From sequence record NC_019399.1: 64,000 bases of DNA. The stretch is one strand, 5' to 3'. The stretch comes from Escherichia phage vB_EcoM_ACG-C40. The position numbers and the translations under genes are program-made. The notes under the pieces are model-generated. The model did no database searches and was not told the DNA's origin. It worked only from the letters and a program-made list of their open reading frames with translations. Below, piece by piece: positions 1 through 10,447 of the stretch. Within the stretch, counting starts at the first letter, position 1; each line of letters opens with the position of its first letter.

Positions 1-2178
1 TTAGGCCGCAAGGGCCTTCATAGTTTTAGCGATTTGAGAAACTTCATCATCACTTAAAGAGTTGCGATATCCGATGAAGTCGGAAACAATACGGAATTTC
101 TTGGTAAACTCAGCAACCATTTTATCACTGTTTTTTGAAGCATTATTTGATAATACATCAAAAAGATTAGTTACTGTCCAGATGTCATGACCGATGGTAT
201 CTTTTCCACCATTAAAATATACACCGCGCAATGAACTAACTATATTAGCGAGTCGTGTATATTCTTCAGAAACTTCATCTGTACTGAAGTACTTCATCAT
301 AAAATCTAGTTCAGGATACTTGATAATTTTATCAATATATCGTTGAGCTGAACTTGAATAACCTACGTACTTATCATAATCTACATCATCAAAAGCATCT
401 ACATATAAATCACGCAGAGTTTCAAAAATACATTGGCACTGACCGAGTTCTTTTACCTTTTTCTGCAAAAGCGGACGAATAACATAAAACTCATTAATGC
501 CAATAAGATTAGCCATACGAATCAAAATATTCATAGATGGATGACAAAGAGATGTAGTACCATCCATAGAGAAAATATCAGAACGATGCATATACGCTAC
601 ATACCCAGTAATTTCATCTGCTTCTGATGTGAGCGTAAATAATTCCTCTTTTTCCCAGCGCCCATCTTTAATTTCAAACTTAAATGCTGTAGCAGCTTTA
701 GGACGAGGAGCTTTACTTTTAACTACCTTTGGAATATAGCTTTTAACTAAAGCTTCGATTTCTGACAAATAATGAATGTTAACTTCATCACTTTCAAACA
801 TCGCCATAATATCAGGGAGTAAATCAATCTGCGATTCTACTTCTGGATTAATAAACAGAAGGCGTTCGTTGTGATGAATATTCAAAGTGTTATTAAATTC
901 ACTATCATCTAACGCATGTGCTAATCCACGGACAATATTAACACGATTTTTAATATTATCAATAACGATATTAATTTTTGTTGCATTAATACCAAACAGA
1001 CGATAACTTGATGCAACGGCTGAAGTTTCATGACTTTGCTTAATGCGCTTCAGTCGAGGGTCAAGATTTACTTCATACACAACTCCTGCATTGCATAACT
1101 TACTATCAGGTTCAAACATGCTTTGCATCTTCTTATATGACAGATTTTTAGTCGTAAATTTGACTGAATTACTAATCATATAATCTCGAGCAGAATACCC
1201 CATCTTCATCAATTCACGATATGTATGACGGGGAGATGTGGATTCTTTAAATCGTTTTACATCTTCATTAAATGCTTTCTCACTGAGTTCTTTAACTCGT
1301 TCAATAATATTTTTACGAGTACGATCATCCAGTGAAAGAGCCTCGCGAGATGGAGCAATATCAAGTGAACCCATTGGAAACTTAATGTAATTCACTTCAT
1401 TGCGAATGCTTAGCCAGTTACGGTCTCTAATAACACCATCGATAGGATAAACAATACCGCCATAGATAGCATATAATCCACCACGATCAGGCCAGTATCT
1501 TTCTGGATTTACACCGTAATAGTCATCAAAATCCGGAAAATAATCAATTTCGCGGTCAAGACCATTAATGATAGCCAAATCTTTGAACGGTCGCATGATA
1601 TAAGAAACTTCATAAGCAAAGTTTCTAAAGTCTTTTTCTTCAACTGGAACTACGATTTCAATACCAGTTTTATCATCTGGACCCATTTCTTTTACGAATG
1701 TAGGTTTAATCTGTGGACCATCACCATCCATGTAAGCTACATAACCACGAATTTCACCTTTATGATACGAAGTAATACTAAATGTATCAGTATAACTAAA
1801 CGGAGATTTAGAACCTAAACCAAATCCGCCAATAAAGTCATTAGATTCAGCTTTAGATGAACTGAAGTATGAATTATACAACCCAGGAGAATTATCATCA
1901 CCCTGAATATCAAAATCACTCATACCCGGACCAAAATCTCGACAAACAAATCGCGGATCTAATCGTCCTGGAACTTGTATGATAAATTTTTCAGGATTTC
2001 CATTAAGTGCATGGGCATCAATCATATTAGTAATTAATTCACGGACTACTGCACGAATCTTGTTTGTATACAAATCAGATGACAGAATTTTAAATACTTT
2101 AGGAGATGCTGTGATGCTAAATGCTTTTGATTTAGAACCATTGCCAAGAATTGTTTCTTTTTCAGTGGTGATAATCAT
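1..2178 (-). CDS. rIIA: rIIA membrane-associated protein (complete, 725 aa)
   Basis: ATG at 2178..2176, TAA at 3..1; N-terminal sequence and length match T4 rIIA as recalled. Confidence 0.93.
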   Translation of the reverse strand: MIITTEKETILGNGSKSKAFSITASPKVFKILSSDLYTNKIRAVVRELITNMIDAHALNGNPEKFIIQVPGRLDPRFVCRDFGPGMSDFDIQGDDNSPGLYNSYFSSSKAESNDFIGGFGLGSKSPFSYTDTFSITSYHKGEIRGYVAYMDGDGPQIKPTFVKEMGPDDKTGIEIVVPVEEKDFRNFAYEVSYIMRPFKDLAIINGLDREIDYFPDFDDYYGVNPERYWPDRGGLYAIYGGIVYPIDGVIRDRNWLSIRNEVNYIKFPMGSLDIAPSREALSLDDRTRKNIIERVKELSEKAFNEDVKRFKESTSPRHTYRELMKMGYSARDYMISNSVKFTTKNLSYKKMQSMFEPDSKLCNAGVVYEVNLDPRLKRIKQSHETSAVASSYRLFGINATKINIVIDNIKNRVNIVRGLAHALDDSEFNNTLNIHHNERLLFINPEVESQIDLLPDIMAMFESDEVNIHYLSEIEALVKSYIPKVVKSKAPRPKAATAFKFEIKDGRWEKEELFTLTSEADEITGYVAYMHRSDIFSMDGTTSLCHPSMNILIRMANLIGINEFYVIRPLLQKKVKELGQCQCIFETLRDLYVDAFDDVDYDKYVGYSSSAQRYIDKIIKYPELDFMMKYFSTDEVSEEYTRLANIVSSLRGVYFNGGKDTIGHDIWTVTNLFDVLSNNASKNSDKMVAEFTKKFRIVSDFIGYRNSLSDDEVSQIAKTMKALAA

Positions 2179-2188
2179 AATTTCCTCA

Positions 2189-2392
2189 TTAATTCATATT
2201 ACGTTTAATAACTTCGGCAACTTCTAGTAATTCATCTTTAGTTGCGGTATCGGATTGAATTTTATCTCTAATATCCTTAAAGCGGTTTTTAAATTCTTCG
2301 GCTTCTCCCATATCGAAAAAGCGTTGAATGATTCTATATTCTCGATGAACTGCTTTATCAAAAAGTTCTAAATTTACTTTATATGATTTCAT
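2189..2392 (-). CDS. rIIA.1-like small protein (67 aa)
   Basis: ATG start; position immediately downstream of rIIA as in T4. Confidence 0.6.
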   Translation of the reverse strand: MKSYKVNLELFDKAVHREYRIIQRFFDMGEAEEFKNRFKDIRDKIQSDTATKDELLEVAEVIKRNMN

Positions 2393-2417
2393 TTCAATAT
2401 CCTCATTTGCCCAATTA

Positions 2418-2447
2418 ATTATACCACATCCTTGTGGTAAAGTAAAC
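2418..2447 (-). promoter_or_regulatory. T4-type early promoter
   Basis: Minus strand GTTTAC -35, 18-bp spacer, TATAAT -10. Confidence 0.6.
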
Positions 2448-4264
2448 TACTGGCTCATCCATTCTTTACGAAGGTCAGCATTATCTCCCATGAGCATTTC
2501 AAAAAGCTCTTTCCAGTTCTCAGGAAGTTTAACAACATCATATACTGGATTTTGAATCATCTCACGATATTCAGATTTTTCCAAAGAGCCAAGTCCTTTA
2601 ATATAACGGATGCTATGTTTAGGTAGAGCATCTTTGGCACTCTCATATTCAGCGACTGTATAAAACCATTCTTGTTTTTTACCGACCTGAGCGATGATTA
2701 CAGGAGTTTTGACGAAGCGAATTCTTCCTTGTTCAAACAGTTCTGGCCAATTACTAAAAAATCCGAGCAGAGAAGGATAAATGCTTCCTAGACCATCATG
2801 GTCAGCATCAGTCATAATAGCGATATTATGATAATTCAAGTTTTCAGCTTTTTCACCGAGAACTAATCCAGTGATTGCGCAAATATCAAACAATTCTTTG
2901 TTTTTAAGCATATCAGCATATGACATACCCCAACTGTTGAGAACTTTACCGCGCAATGGATAACCACCATGAAGTTCTTTATCACGAACATCAATAAGAT
3001 ATCCGATAGCAGAATCACCCTCAGTCAAGAAAAGAGTAGTGTCAGCATCTTTACCGCAAAGATTCGCTTTAATGTGTTTATGAACCTTAGCTTTAGAAGC
3101 CTTTTTAGCTGCTTTAGTTTCTGCTGCCTTTTCTGCCGCCAATTTACGAGCCAAAGCAGCTTCAATAATCGGCATTAGAATTGCTTCATTATTTAGAATA
3201 GCACGTGAAATCTTTTTAGCATCAAGTTGAATATGACTACGGATTTCACCAAATGGAGAAGTCAAACGCTCTTTAGTTTGAGAATCAAATCGCATGTTTT
3301 TCATATCACGGACAAACATAACGATAGTCAAACATTCTTTAACGCGTGCTTTAGTCACATCAATTTTGAACTTACGTTTGATTTGTGGAATAAGGTCTTC
3401 ACAAATATCATCCATAACACAGTCAATGTGATGGCCACCATTCTTAGTGTGAATGTTATTCACATAAGTTAATTGACGAAAACCATCCGGTGAACGACCA
3501 ACCGCAATAGAGCAATTTTCTTGTTCTTGAACGATAGCATGTTCATCATATTGGCGTGCATATTTCTTAAAATTGCCCTGAACCTTTTTACCATTAAAGG
3601 TAAATTGAATATCAGGATAAACTACTGCAAGTGTCTGGAGACGATCTAGTGTAATGTCAAGATAAACTTGGGACAGCTCATTAGTTTCAAATGACATAAA
3701 ATCAGGAATGAAAGTAACACGAGTTCCTTTCCATTTTCCAGGAATATCTTCCCATGATTTATTTTCCATGCCATTTGAACAACGAACTACAATATTATTT
3801 TGACCATCACCAGTTTCACCGACAAACATCACAGAAAAAATGTTTGTCAAACTAGAACCAACACCATTCATACCGCCAGTGACACGTTCTTTATCATCAC
3901 CAAAGTTACCACCTGCTTTTGGAATAGTCCATGCAGCAACTGGACCAGGAATTTCTTCACCGGTAGGTGTTTTAACCATCGCTTGTGGAATACCGCGACC
4001 GTTATCTTCAACTGTTACCTGATTATTTTTAATGGTAACATTAATTTTATTTGCGAATTTAAACTTAGTACGAATACCTTCATCTACTGAGTTATCGATA
4101 ATTTCATCAATAAGCTTAACAAGACCAGGTACATACTGAACACTTTCCCATTTACCAAACAGAAAGCGCTCATGCATTTCATTAGCAGAAGAGCCAATGT
4201 ACATGCCACTACGCTTTTTGATATGTTCAATATCGCTCAGAATTTTAATTTCATTCTTAATCAT
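2447..4264 (-). CDS. 39: DNA topoisomerase II large subunit, fused gene 39+60 form (605 aa)
   Basis: Single ORF; C-terminal IAIMTDADHDGLGSIY...KEWMSQ is the part encoded by separate gene 60 in T4; ATG 4264 preceded by GAGGA; track start 4267 is GTG. Confidence 0.9.
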   Translation of the reverse strand: MIKNEIKILSDIEHIKKRSGMYIGSSANEMHERFLFGKWESVQYVPGLVKLIDEIIDNSVDEGIRTKFKFANKINVTIKNNQVTVEDNGRGIPQAMVKTPTGEEIPGPVAAWTIPKAGGNFGDDKERVTGGMNGVGSSLTNIFSVMFVGETGDGQNNIVVRCSNGMENKSWEDIPGKWKGTRVTFIPDFMSFETNELSQVYLDITLDRLQTLAVVYPDIQFTFNGKKVQGNFKKYARQYDEHAIVQEQENCSIAVGRSPDGFRQLTYVNNIHTKNGGHHIDCVMDDICEDLIPQIKRKFKIDVTKARVKECLTIVMFVRDMKNMRFDSQTKERLTSPFGEIRSHIQLDAKKISRAILNNEAILMPIIEAALARKLAAEKAAETKAAKKASKAKVHKHIKANLCGKDADTTLFLTEGDSAIGYLIDVRDKELHGGYPLRGKVLNSWGMSYADMLKNKELFDICAITGLVLGEKAENLNYHNIAIMTDADHDGLGSIYPSLLGFFSNWPELFEQGRIRFVKTPVIIAQVGKKQEWFYTVAEYESAKDALPKHSIRYIKGLGSLEKSEYREMIQNPVYDVVKLPENWKELFEMLMGDNADLRKEWMSQ

Positions 4265-4318
4265 CACTTATCCTCGTTTGGTTTCGGGAATATTATACTC
4301 CGGTAATCATAAAGCTAA

Positions 4319-4332
4319 AGGCCCGAAGGCCT
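4319..4332 (-). terminator. intrinsic terminator hairpin (UUCG loop)
   Basis: AGGCC-UUCG-GGCCU followed by U-rich tract. Confidence 0.55.
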
Positions 4333-4333
4333 T

Positions 4334-4594
4334 TTATTTAAAACGAATAGTTGAATCCTTAAAGAACAGCCCAGAACATACTGTTCCTTCTACTTTCTGC
4401 CCAGTAGGTCCAATAGCACGAAATCCAGTATGTTGGAAATCATTTTCAGAACAACCGAACCAGTTATATCCAGTGATTTCAATATTAGTAAAACCGCTTG
4501 AAGACAAAACTTTGGTTGCATTATCAGCATCAGTACATCCTACTAAAGACACTGCTAATACTAATGCCGCGATAGAACGATTAATATATTTCAT
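4334..4594 (-). CDS. putative lipoprotein
   Basis: ATG 4594 (track M at 4603 is GTG); signal peptide with LVGC lipobox. Confidence 0.55.
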   Translation of the reverse strand: MKYINRSIAALVLAVSLVGCTDADNATKVLSSSGFTNIEITGYNWFGCSENDFQHTGFRAIGPTGQKVEGTVCSGLFFKDSTIRFK

Positions 4595-4599
4595 AATTT

Positions 4600-4971
4600 T
4601 CACTTAAATTTAATGGCTTGAAGAAGACTAATAATTCTCAAGCGACTTCCTTCATCTTTAACTGTAAAAGAAAGAGGGTCACCAGATTTCATAGTGATAG
4701 TGCATTCAAAAGCAAAACCTTCGGGAACTTCTTCGAAGAAGTCAAATTCTTCATCATAAATTAGAACATTACTCTGAAAACTGTGAAGAATTTTTCCGTC
4801 ATTTCCAGATGCTGTACTAATCATTGTAACATTATTACCTTTCATATCTTCAACGATAAATTCGCTTGTAGATATTACAGCATTAATAGAACCATTCCTA
4901 TAAATAGCAGAAAATAGATATTTCTTTTCTTCACCTTCGCGAATGCGATATTTCTTACCGATTTTAAACAT
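4600..4971 (-). CDS. hypothetical protein (123 aa)
   Basis: ATG start, tightly packed in operon. Confidence 0.5.
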   Translation of the reverse strand: MFKIGKKYRIREGEEKKYLFSAIYRNGSINAVISTSEFIVEDMKGNNVTMISTASGNDGKILHSFQSNVLIYDEEFDFFEEVPEGFAFECTITMKSGDPLSFTVKDEGSRLRIISLLQAIKFK

Positions 4972-4973
4972 AA

Positions 4974-5156
4974 TTACCCTTTAAGTAAGTCGTAAAATCC
5001 GCCATTCACATGCTTAGGGGCAGAGACTAACCGAATAGCAATCCGATGACAATCAGGACATACATCAGTATCTCTTTCAGAAATTTTCTTGATTTTTTCG
5101 TATTCTTTTGCGCAGTCTTTTGATTGACATTTATAATCATAAAGCGGCATAATCAT
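4974..5156 (-). CDS. zinc-ribbon protein (two CxxC pairs)
   Basis: CQSKDC...CPDC motifs; ATGA overlap with upstream gene. Confidence 0.55.
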   Translation of the reverse strand: MIMPLYDYKCQSKDCAKEYEKIKKISERDTDVCPDCHRIAIRLVSAPKHVNGGFYDLLKG

Positions 5157-5566
5157 TCCTTAAAGTGAGCTTTCAACATCTGATACAAGGACCATGCCTG
5201 TTCATCATTTTCAATAGTAACTTTCATTACAGGGAATTTAGATTGATCAGTTATCGGTGCAGATTCTTCCTGCTCTTCAGCTGCCTGGTATGGATTTTCA
5301 ACTTCATTAAAGAATTCAGCTTCATTCGATGAAAGCCAAATAAAATCTTCATCCAAAATATCTTTACCAGAAGATAGTACTAAATTTCCAGCAAATGACA
5401 TAATTTTAATAGGACGCCCAAGAGCATCCACATCTAAAATTTTAAAAGGATGCATACCTAAACGGCGTGCATAGATTCCGTTATCAGTATGGTCTTTAAT
5501 AAAATTTTCTTGAGCTTGTTTATTTTTAAATTGATACCATTTATTAACTTCAAATTTAATAGCCAT
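5153..5566 (-). CDS. hypothetical protein (137 aa)
   Basis: ATG start; 1-nt overlap with upstream stop. Confidence 0.5.
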   Translation of the reverse strand: MAIKFEVNKWYQFKNKQAQENFIKDHTDNGIYARRLGMHPFKILDVDALGRPIKIMSFAGNLVLSSGKDILDEDFIWLSSNEAEFFNEVENPYQAAEEQEESAPITDQSKFPVMKVTIENDEQAWSLYQMLKAHFKE

Positions 5567-5781
5567 TAATAAATTTCCTTCCAGTAAGTTGTACCATCTT
5601 CAGTGATTTCACGAAATACACCGTAAATTGGTTGTTTATCCCCAACCTTTTCATACACATAAACCGAAGTCAAGTGAGTAAACTTAGCAGTGTGTTCCTT
5701 TTGAACTACTACCAAATCTGGATCGAATAACACATCTTCAAATTCGTCATTAGTGCAGTTCTGAACAATTTTACGTTTCAT
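5566..5781 (-). CDS. hypothetical protein (71 aa; size and position of T4 cef)
   Basis: ATG 5781; identity by synteny and length only. Confidence 0.45.
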   Translation of the reverse strand: MKRKIVQNCTNDEFEDVLFDPDLVVVQKEHTAKFTHLTSVYVYEKVGDKQPIYGVFREITEDGTTYWKEIY

Positions 5782-5880
5782 TACAATTTCCTCGTTAATT
5801 GAACATTGGAGCGATGCGTTTCAGAAGAGTAGCAGCACCTTTGGCAAATTTTCCATTTTATTCTCCAAATTATTTTCTAT

Positions 5881-5923
5881 ATCAGTAGTTGATATTGATA
5901 TAGTACCATAATCAACTACTGAT
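5881..5923. repeat. perfect 13-bp inverted repeat with 17-nt loop
   Basis: ATCAGTAGTTGAT ... ATCAACTACTGAT; loop carries TGGTACTAT -10-like element. Confidence 0.7.
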
Positions 5924-5953
5924 GTATATAGTTTTATGAAAAAATTTTAAACT

Positions 5954-6445
5954 TTATGCATAGCGAGCTTTGCTGTAGTGTTTAATCCAACTTTCAGGAA
6001 TGACTTTGTATGTTCCTAAAAATACCACGTTGTATAACTTAACGCCATCTTCTACCCATTGATCAGTAATGTATGCACACATAGCACGAGTACGCCGAGG
6101 AAGTGGTTGTCCACCTTCGATAAATTCAAACTCATAAGGAGCAATGAACTTAATAGCTTGACCGAGTTTCCACTTAAAGTCTACACCTACATGCGAAGTA
6201 TCAATCGTTTCAATTCCTTTAGCGGGAACATCTTTCAAAAACGCAGATTCAAGAAATTTCGCGCGAACATAACCAAACTGAGGTTTAGACTTTCCATCTT
6301 TAGGAATGATACGCACTTTTACTTCAGAATCTTCATCTTTAACGCCGTGTTTAAGCTGAATGCTTACAATTTCGACCAATTTTCCTGCTGCTTTAGAACG
6401 GGATTTATCAGATACACGAGCAATTTCACCAATATTAATAATCAT
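5954..6445 (-). CDS. MotB-family protein, paralog 1 (163 aa)
   Basis: C-terminus ITDQWVEDGVKLYNVVFLGTYKVIP shared with next ORF; early promoter upstream. Confidence 0.55.
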   Translation of the reverse strand: MIINIGEIARVSDKSRSKAAGKLVEIVSIQLKHGVKDEDSEVKVRIIPKDGKSKPQFGYVRAKFLESAFLKDVPAKGIETIDTSHVGVDFKWKLGQAIKFIAPYEFEFIEGGQPLPRRTRAMCAYITDQWVEDGVKLYNVVFLGTYKVIPESWIKHYSKARYA

Positions 6446-6489
6446 AGTTATCTCTCACTTGTTAAAAAGATTTTATACTCCACAGGACC

Positions 6490-6519
6490 ATTATACTCTG
6501 GTCCCAAGAGTTTGTAAAC
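6490..6519 (-). promoter_or_regulatory. T4-type early promoter
   Basis: GTTTAC, 18-bp spacer, TATAAT. Confidence 0.65.
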
Positions 6520-7067
6520 TAGCTTACACGAACATTAATCACTGCGCTACGAGGAACTACAGAGTATTCTCCAGCATGAACTACGTTCAGAAGTTCAACG
6601 CCATCTTCAATCCACTGGTCTGTTACCCAACCACAGATAGGATTATCAAAAGGACGACGGATAGACACAGCAGCACACAACAGGTCTGTAGGGTCTTGTT
6701 CTTCAACTTCTTGGAACAGGATGAACTCATCTTCATAAACCAGGTTTTTCTTTATTTTGTTATTATCTAACCGGCGACCGTGGATGACGTAAGATTTGTC
6801 AAACCACTCACTTTTGGCAAATTCTTCAACAATAAATTCGCCTTCGCCAAAAACATCAGTCAGAGTTTTATGACCAGAAATCAAGGCATTAGTTTTAATT
6901 TTAGGTTCAACCAGTTTGTAGGTTTTGCCGATTTCAATAGCGGTAGTCATAGTAGGTTCCTTAATTTCCAGTGGTTTAACAGGGCATACATAAGTGCTTA
7001 CAACATCAAAATCAATCAGTTTAGCTACCGGATTTGGTATGTATTCAGGATTATAATTAAATTTCAT
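6519..7067 (-). CDS. MotB-family protein, paralog 2 (182 aa)
   Basis: C-terminus VTDQWIEDGVELLNVVHAGEYSVVP paralogous to 5954..6445. Confidence 0.55.
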   Translation of the reverse strand: MKFNYNPEYIPNPVAKLIDFDVVSTYVCPVKPLEIKEPTMTTAIEIGKTYKLVEPKIKTNALISGHKTLTDVFGEGEFIVEEFAKSEWFDKSYVIHGRRLDNNKIKKNLVYEDEFILFQEVEEQDPTDLLCAAVSIRRPFDNPICGWVTDQWIEDGVELLNVVHAGEYSVVPRSAVINVRVS

Positions 7068-7069
7068 AA

Positions 7070-7570
7070 TTATCTCATTTCAATAAAATCTACGAGTTCA
7101 GCATGCGATTTGCGGAACATTACTTGGTGCCCACCAATGATAACTTCATCTTCAGGAACTTCGTATACAGCGAGATAAAATCCTTTAGAAGATAATTCTT
7201 CCCGCTCTTCTCGTGTGAACCATCTCATCATATCATATTCACTAGCGAAAGCAAAATGATAAAGACCTATAAACCATCCTGGAATATGATATTCTACTCC
7301 AACATAATCTTTCTTGAACTTAGTATTAATTACTATATTAGCGTTTTTAACTAATAGTTTATCTTCGTGTGGTAAAGGAATTCTTTTATTATTATCGCTA
7401 TGATGCATAAAATTAGGTCTGTCATAACCTACGTGTAATAGCCACTCTTCGCTCCATGAATCTATTATACTCCTGTACGGCGTTATTTGAACACAAAGAT
7501 TTCGACGTATTGTTATAGCATCTTCATAATCAAGAATACTAAACGATGATTCAACACGATAAATTTTCAT
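7070..7570 (-). CDS. hypothetical protein (dexA.1/.2 position)
   Basis: Track start 7609 is TTG and lies inside the promoter; first ATG 7570 follows GAGGA. Confidence 0.5.
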   Translation of the reverse strand: MKIYRVESSFSILDYEDAITIRRNLCVQITPYRSIIDSWSEEWLLHVGYDRPNFMHHSDNNKRIPLPHEDKLLVKNANIVINTKFKKDYVGVEYHIPGWFIGLYHFAFASEYDMMRWFTREEREELSSKGFYLAVYEVPEDEVIIGGHQVMFRKSHAELVDFIEMR

Positions 7571-7597
7571 TTTATTATCCTCAGTAGCTATGGTGTT

Positions 7598-7627
7598 ATA
7601 ATACCACAACTAACCGAGGAAGTAAAC
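7598..7627 (-). promoter_or_regulatory. T4-type early promoter
   Basis: GTTTAC, 18 bp, TGGTATTAT; A-tract upstream. Confidence 0.6.
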
Positions 7628-7633
7628 AACTTT

Positions 7634-8317
7634 TTATCGTTTTGTTGGAAGAGATAGAGGATCGCATTCTTCCTCTGACGGAGCATCTTCAAGACCCATA
7701 GCATATCGCAAAGCATACTTCATCATCAGGATGTCTTTCGCACAGTCATGGATAGAATCATGCGCAACGAATCCATCTAAAGTTCCTTTTGGAAGAGGAC
7801 ACGTGGTCATATCACGAACAAGTAGAAGTGCTTCAATTCTGGTACGAATATCACGCTGATTCCAGAATTTACATGGTTCTAACTTAAATGTGTCAAGCTC
7901 ATTCTCAGAAACACCATTAAGACGTTGAATATCACGAATGAGATCGACTAAAATTGGAAAATCAAACGACATTCCACGGCACCAGCCTTGAGATTTCCAA
8001 GGATCGATATTATGTGCATTGATGTAATCATTAAATTTTGCAATACCATCGATAGTGCTTACATCTTCATCTGATGGTGCAATATTTTTTCGAGCTTCAG
8101 GAGATTGGTTCTTCCACCATTCAATAGTGCTTTTAGTAAAAAGACGATGTCCTTTTTGGCTTTTTAAATCAAATTTGATTTTAATGCCGCGTGAAACTAA
8201 TTCATCAAATGTTTCAACTACTTCTGGGTTAGGGTCAAAAGCAATTACAGCTAAATCAATAACAGCTGCCTTTTCGCCGCTTCCCATTGTTTCAAAATCT
8301 ATAATAAAATCAAACAT
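7634..8317 (-). CDS. dexA: exonuclease A (DnaQ-like 3'-5' exonuclease)
   Basis: 227 aa; N-terminal DFETMG exonuclease motif; T4 synteny. Confidence 0.8.
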   Translation of the reverse strand: MFDFIIDFETMGSGEKAAVIDLAVIAFDPNPEVVETFDELVSRGIKIKFDLKSQKGHRLFTKSTIEWWKNQSPEARKNIAPSDEDVSTIDGIAKFNDYINAHNIDPWKSQGWCRGMSFDFPILVDLIRDIQRLNGVSENELDTFKLEPCKFWNQRDIRTRIEALLLVRDMTTCPLPKGTLDGFVAHDSIHDCAKDILMMKYALRYAMGLEDAPSEEECDPLSLPTKR

Positions 8318-8559
8318 TAAATTTTCCTCGCTAAATCACGAATTTGACCTACAGTATAGTCTTGAATATAAACTTTATTGATAGGCTCATCAATAAATTT
8401 TGCCATAGATTCAATATCTTTTTGTATTTCTTCAAGACTGTATACTATCTTTAAAGCTTTTTCGCGAATAGTAATATTTTCAGGACCCGGATTTTCTTCA
8501 ATGACAGCTTTAACATTTGTCATAAGAGATTTAAATTGGTACCAACTTAATTCAATCAT
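8317..8559 (-). CDS. hypothetical protein (80 aa)
   Basis: ATG start; 1-nt overlap with dexA. Confidence 0.5.
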   Translation of the reverse strand: MIELSWYQFKSLMTNVKAVIEENPGPENITIREKALKIVYSLEEIQKDIESMAKFIDEPINKVYIQDYTVGQIRDLARKI

Positions 8560-8797
8560 TAATAATCGCCTTATAAAGATAGCTAATTTCGCCTAAAACG
8601 TAATCATTGATTGTAACAGTTTTAACTTCACCACAAAAGAATTCTAACGCAATTAAATCTCGTTCAATTTCTTCTAATTGAAGCATCAACTTACTAGATT
8701 CTATTTTTACAGTTTCACGATTTTTGCTATAAGCAATTTCATAAATTTCGCTTACTTTATCTTGAAGAAGATAAAACTGATCTTTAGTTATTTCCAC
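8552..8797 (-). CDS. hypothetical protein (81 aa, GTG start)
   Basis: Track start 8812 is TTG; GTG at 8797 sits 6 nt after GAGGAAG. Confidence 0.45.
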   Translation of the reverse strand: MEITKDQFYLLQDKVSEIYEIAYSKNRETVKIESSKLMLQLEEIERDLIALEFFCGEVKTVTINDYVLGEISYLYKAIIND

Positions 8798-8818
8798 GAA
8801 TAGCTTCCTCAAATTTAA

Positions 8819-10138
8819 TCATACATAAAACACATCATAACGACCACGGGTAACACCAACATAAAGAAGTTGTTGAGCCAATTCAGCATCTGCATAATGA
8901 ATACAAGGCGTATAAATGAAAGCACGGTCTACAGACATGCCCTGTGCTTTATGGAATGTTGATGCAGGAAGTGCTTTCACTTTACTAAACTGTGATTTAG
9001 CATCCCAAAAATCACTCCATGGAGCTTTTCCGCCTTTGTTCCAATTTTTATAAGTTTCTGCCGTTTTACCTAAAAATAGGTTAAACTTATACAGTTCTTC
9101 ATCAGATGAAATTATTTTAATCTTTTCACGATAATATTCATCATCGCCATAAGTTTCTACTGTTAAATCCCAATGACGAATTAAGTATTCTCCAGGAACA
9201 CCACGAGCTTTAACAAACGTCGATGTATACTCTGCTTCTATAATACGAACTAATTGTCCGTTATTAAAAATAATTTCTGACACAGGCTTTCCATCAATTT
9301 TATATGTTTTAATTAATGGTTCCTGCATTACAATAATTTCACCGACAATAAAATCTTTATCAGTTTCAAAAATCTTTTTACGAATAATGCTATTTAACTT
9401 GTCAACAGATTTATTCGTAAATGCCATTACGCGATTTTCAAACAAATCATCTAGTGATTTTACGATTGAAAAATAATTTACCATAAAATCGCGTAAAGCG
9501 GTATCACCTGTAAATCCACGTACTCCATGCCCGTCAACAATTTTATCATAAATCCACTTACCGTTACGAACGTCAGTAGCTACATCAATAATAGGAGCAT
9601 TACTGCGTTTAACTTCAGTAAGTTCACACTGATAAAAATCTTTGTGTGTAAAGAATGGACTGATATAAGCAGTGTTTTCTCCTGGGTCAACAGGTCTAAT
9701 CTGCTTATTATCACCTATTCCAATTATAGTACACCACGGCGGGATAGTTGAAAGCAGAATTTTAAATAGCTTTCTATCATACATTGACACTTCGTCGCAG
9801 ATTAATACCCTGCATTTAGCTAAATCTGGTACTTCCTTCTGTTCAAAAAGAACGTTTTCTTCATACGTAACTGGGTTAATTTTAAGAATGCTATGAATAG
9901 TACTTGCTTCTTTCCCTGATAGTTTTGAAAGAATCTTTTTAGCTGCATGTGTAGGAGCTGCCAAAATGATACCAGTTTCGCCTGTTGATATTAAAGCTTC
10001 AATGATGAACTTAGTAAGAGTAGTCTTACCAGTACCAGCAGGTCCATTAATAGTTACATGATGTTTCTTTTCTTTAATAGCCCTCATAACGATGTTAAAG
10101 GCATTTTTCTGGCCTTCGGTCAAATCATCAAATGTCAT
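8819..10138 (-). CDS. dda: Dda DNA helicase (SF1, 439 aa)
   Basis: Walker A GPAGTGKTT; length and N-terminus match T4 Dda. Confidence 0.9.
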   Translation of the reverse strand: MTFDDLTEGQKNAFNIVMRAIKEKKHHVTINGPAGTGKTTLTKFIIEALISTGETGIILAAPTHAAKKILSKLSGKEASTIHSILKINPVTYEENVLFEQKEVPDLAKCRVLICDEVSMYDRKLFKILLSTIPPWCTIIGIGDNKQIRPVDPGENTAYISPFFTHKDFYQCELTEVKRSNAPIIDVATDVRNGKWIYDKIVDGHGVRGFTGDTALRDFMVNYFSIVKSLDDLFENRVMAFTNKSVDKLNSIIRKKIFETDKDFIVGEIIVMQEPLIKTYKIDGKPVSEIIFNNGQLVRIIEAEYTSTFVKARGVPGEYLIRHWDLTVETYGDDEYYREKIKIISSDEELYKFNLFLGKTAETYKNWNKGGKAPWSDFWDAKSQFSKVKALPASTFHKAQGMSVDRAFIYTPCIHYADAELAQQLLYVGVTRGRYDVFYV

Positions 10139-10446
10139 CGTAAATTCCCTGCAATTGGTATACTAACAATACGCCCAGTATCTAAAATTCGCTGATATAA
10201 TCTTTGTGTGTCTACGTCAGGCTTAACATGTTTAACTTCTATTTTATTAAACCAAAACTTGCGTGGAGTCTCAACTAATCTTGGAATTCCCTTACCTAAA
10301 GCTAGTCGATACTGCTCTTTAAGAGTAGTAAATACTTTATCAGCAATATTCCATTCAAAAAATACAGCAGGACGATGTTCATCAAGCGGAACTGGCGCCG
10401 TAAATCCGTCTTTGTCTCGGTAAACTATCGCATATACATAAACCAT
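10135..10446 (-). CDS. hypothetical protein (dda.1 position, 103 aa)
   Basis: ATG start; 4-nt overlap with dda. Confidence 0.5.
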   Translation of the reverse strand: MVYVYAIVYRDKDGFTAPVPLDEHRPAVFFEWNIADKVFTTLKEQYRLALGKGIPRLVETPRKFWFNKIEVKHVKPDVDTQRLYQRILDTGRIVSIPIAGNLR

Positions 10447-10447
10447 A

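Noticed and set aside
433-627. Plus-strand ORFs inside minus-strand genes (for example 433..627, 1979..2227, 2969..3178, 6059..6517, 33622..33810, 61392..61781)
   Set aside because: They lie antisense within well-supported conserved genes, have no ribosome-binding sites and show low-complexity AT-rich translations.
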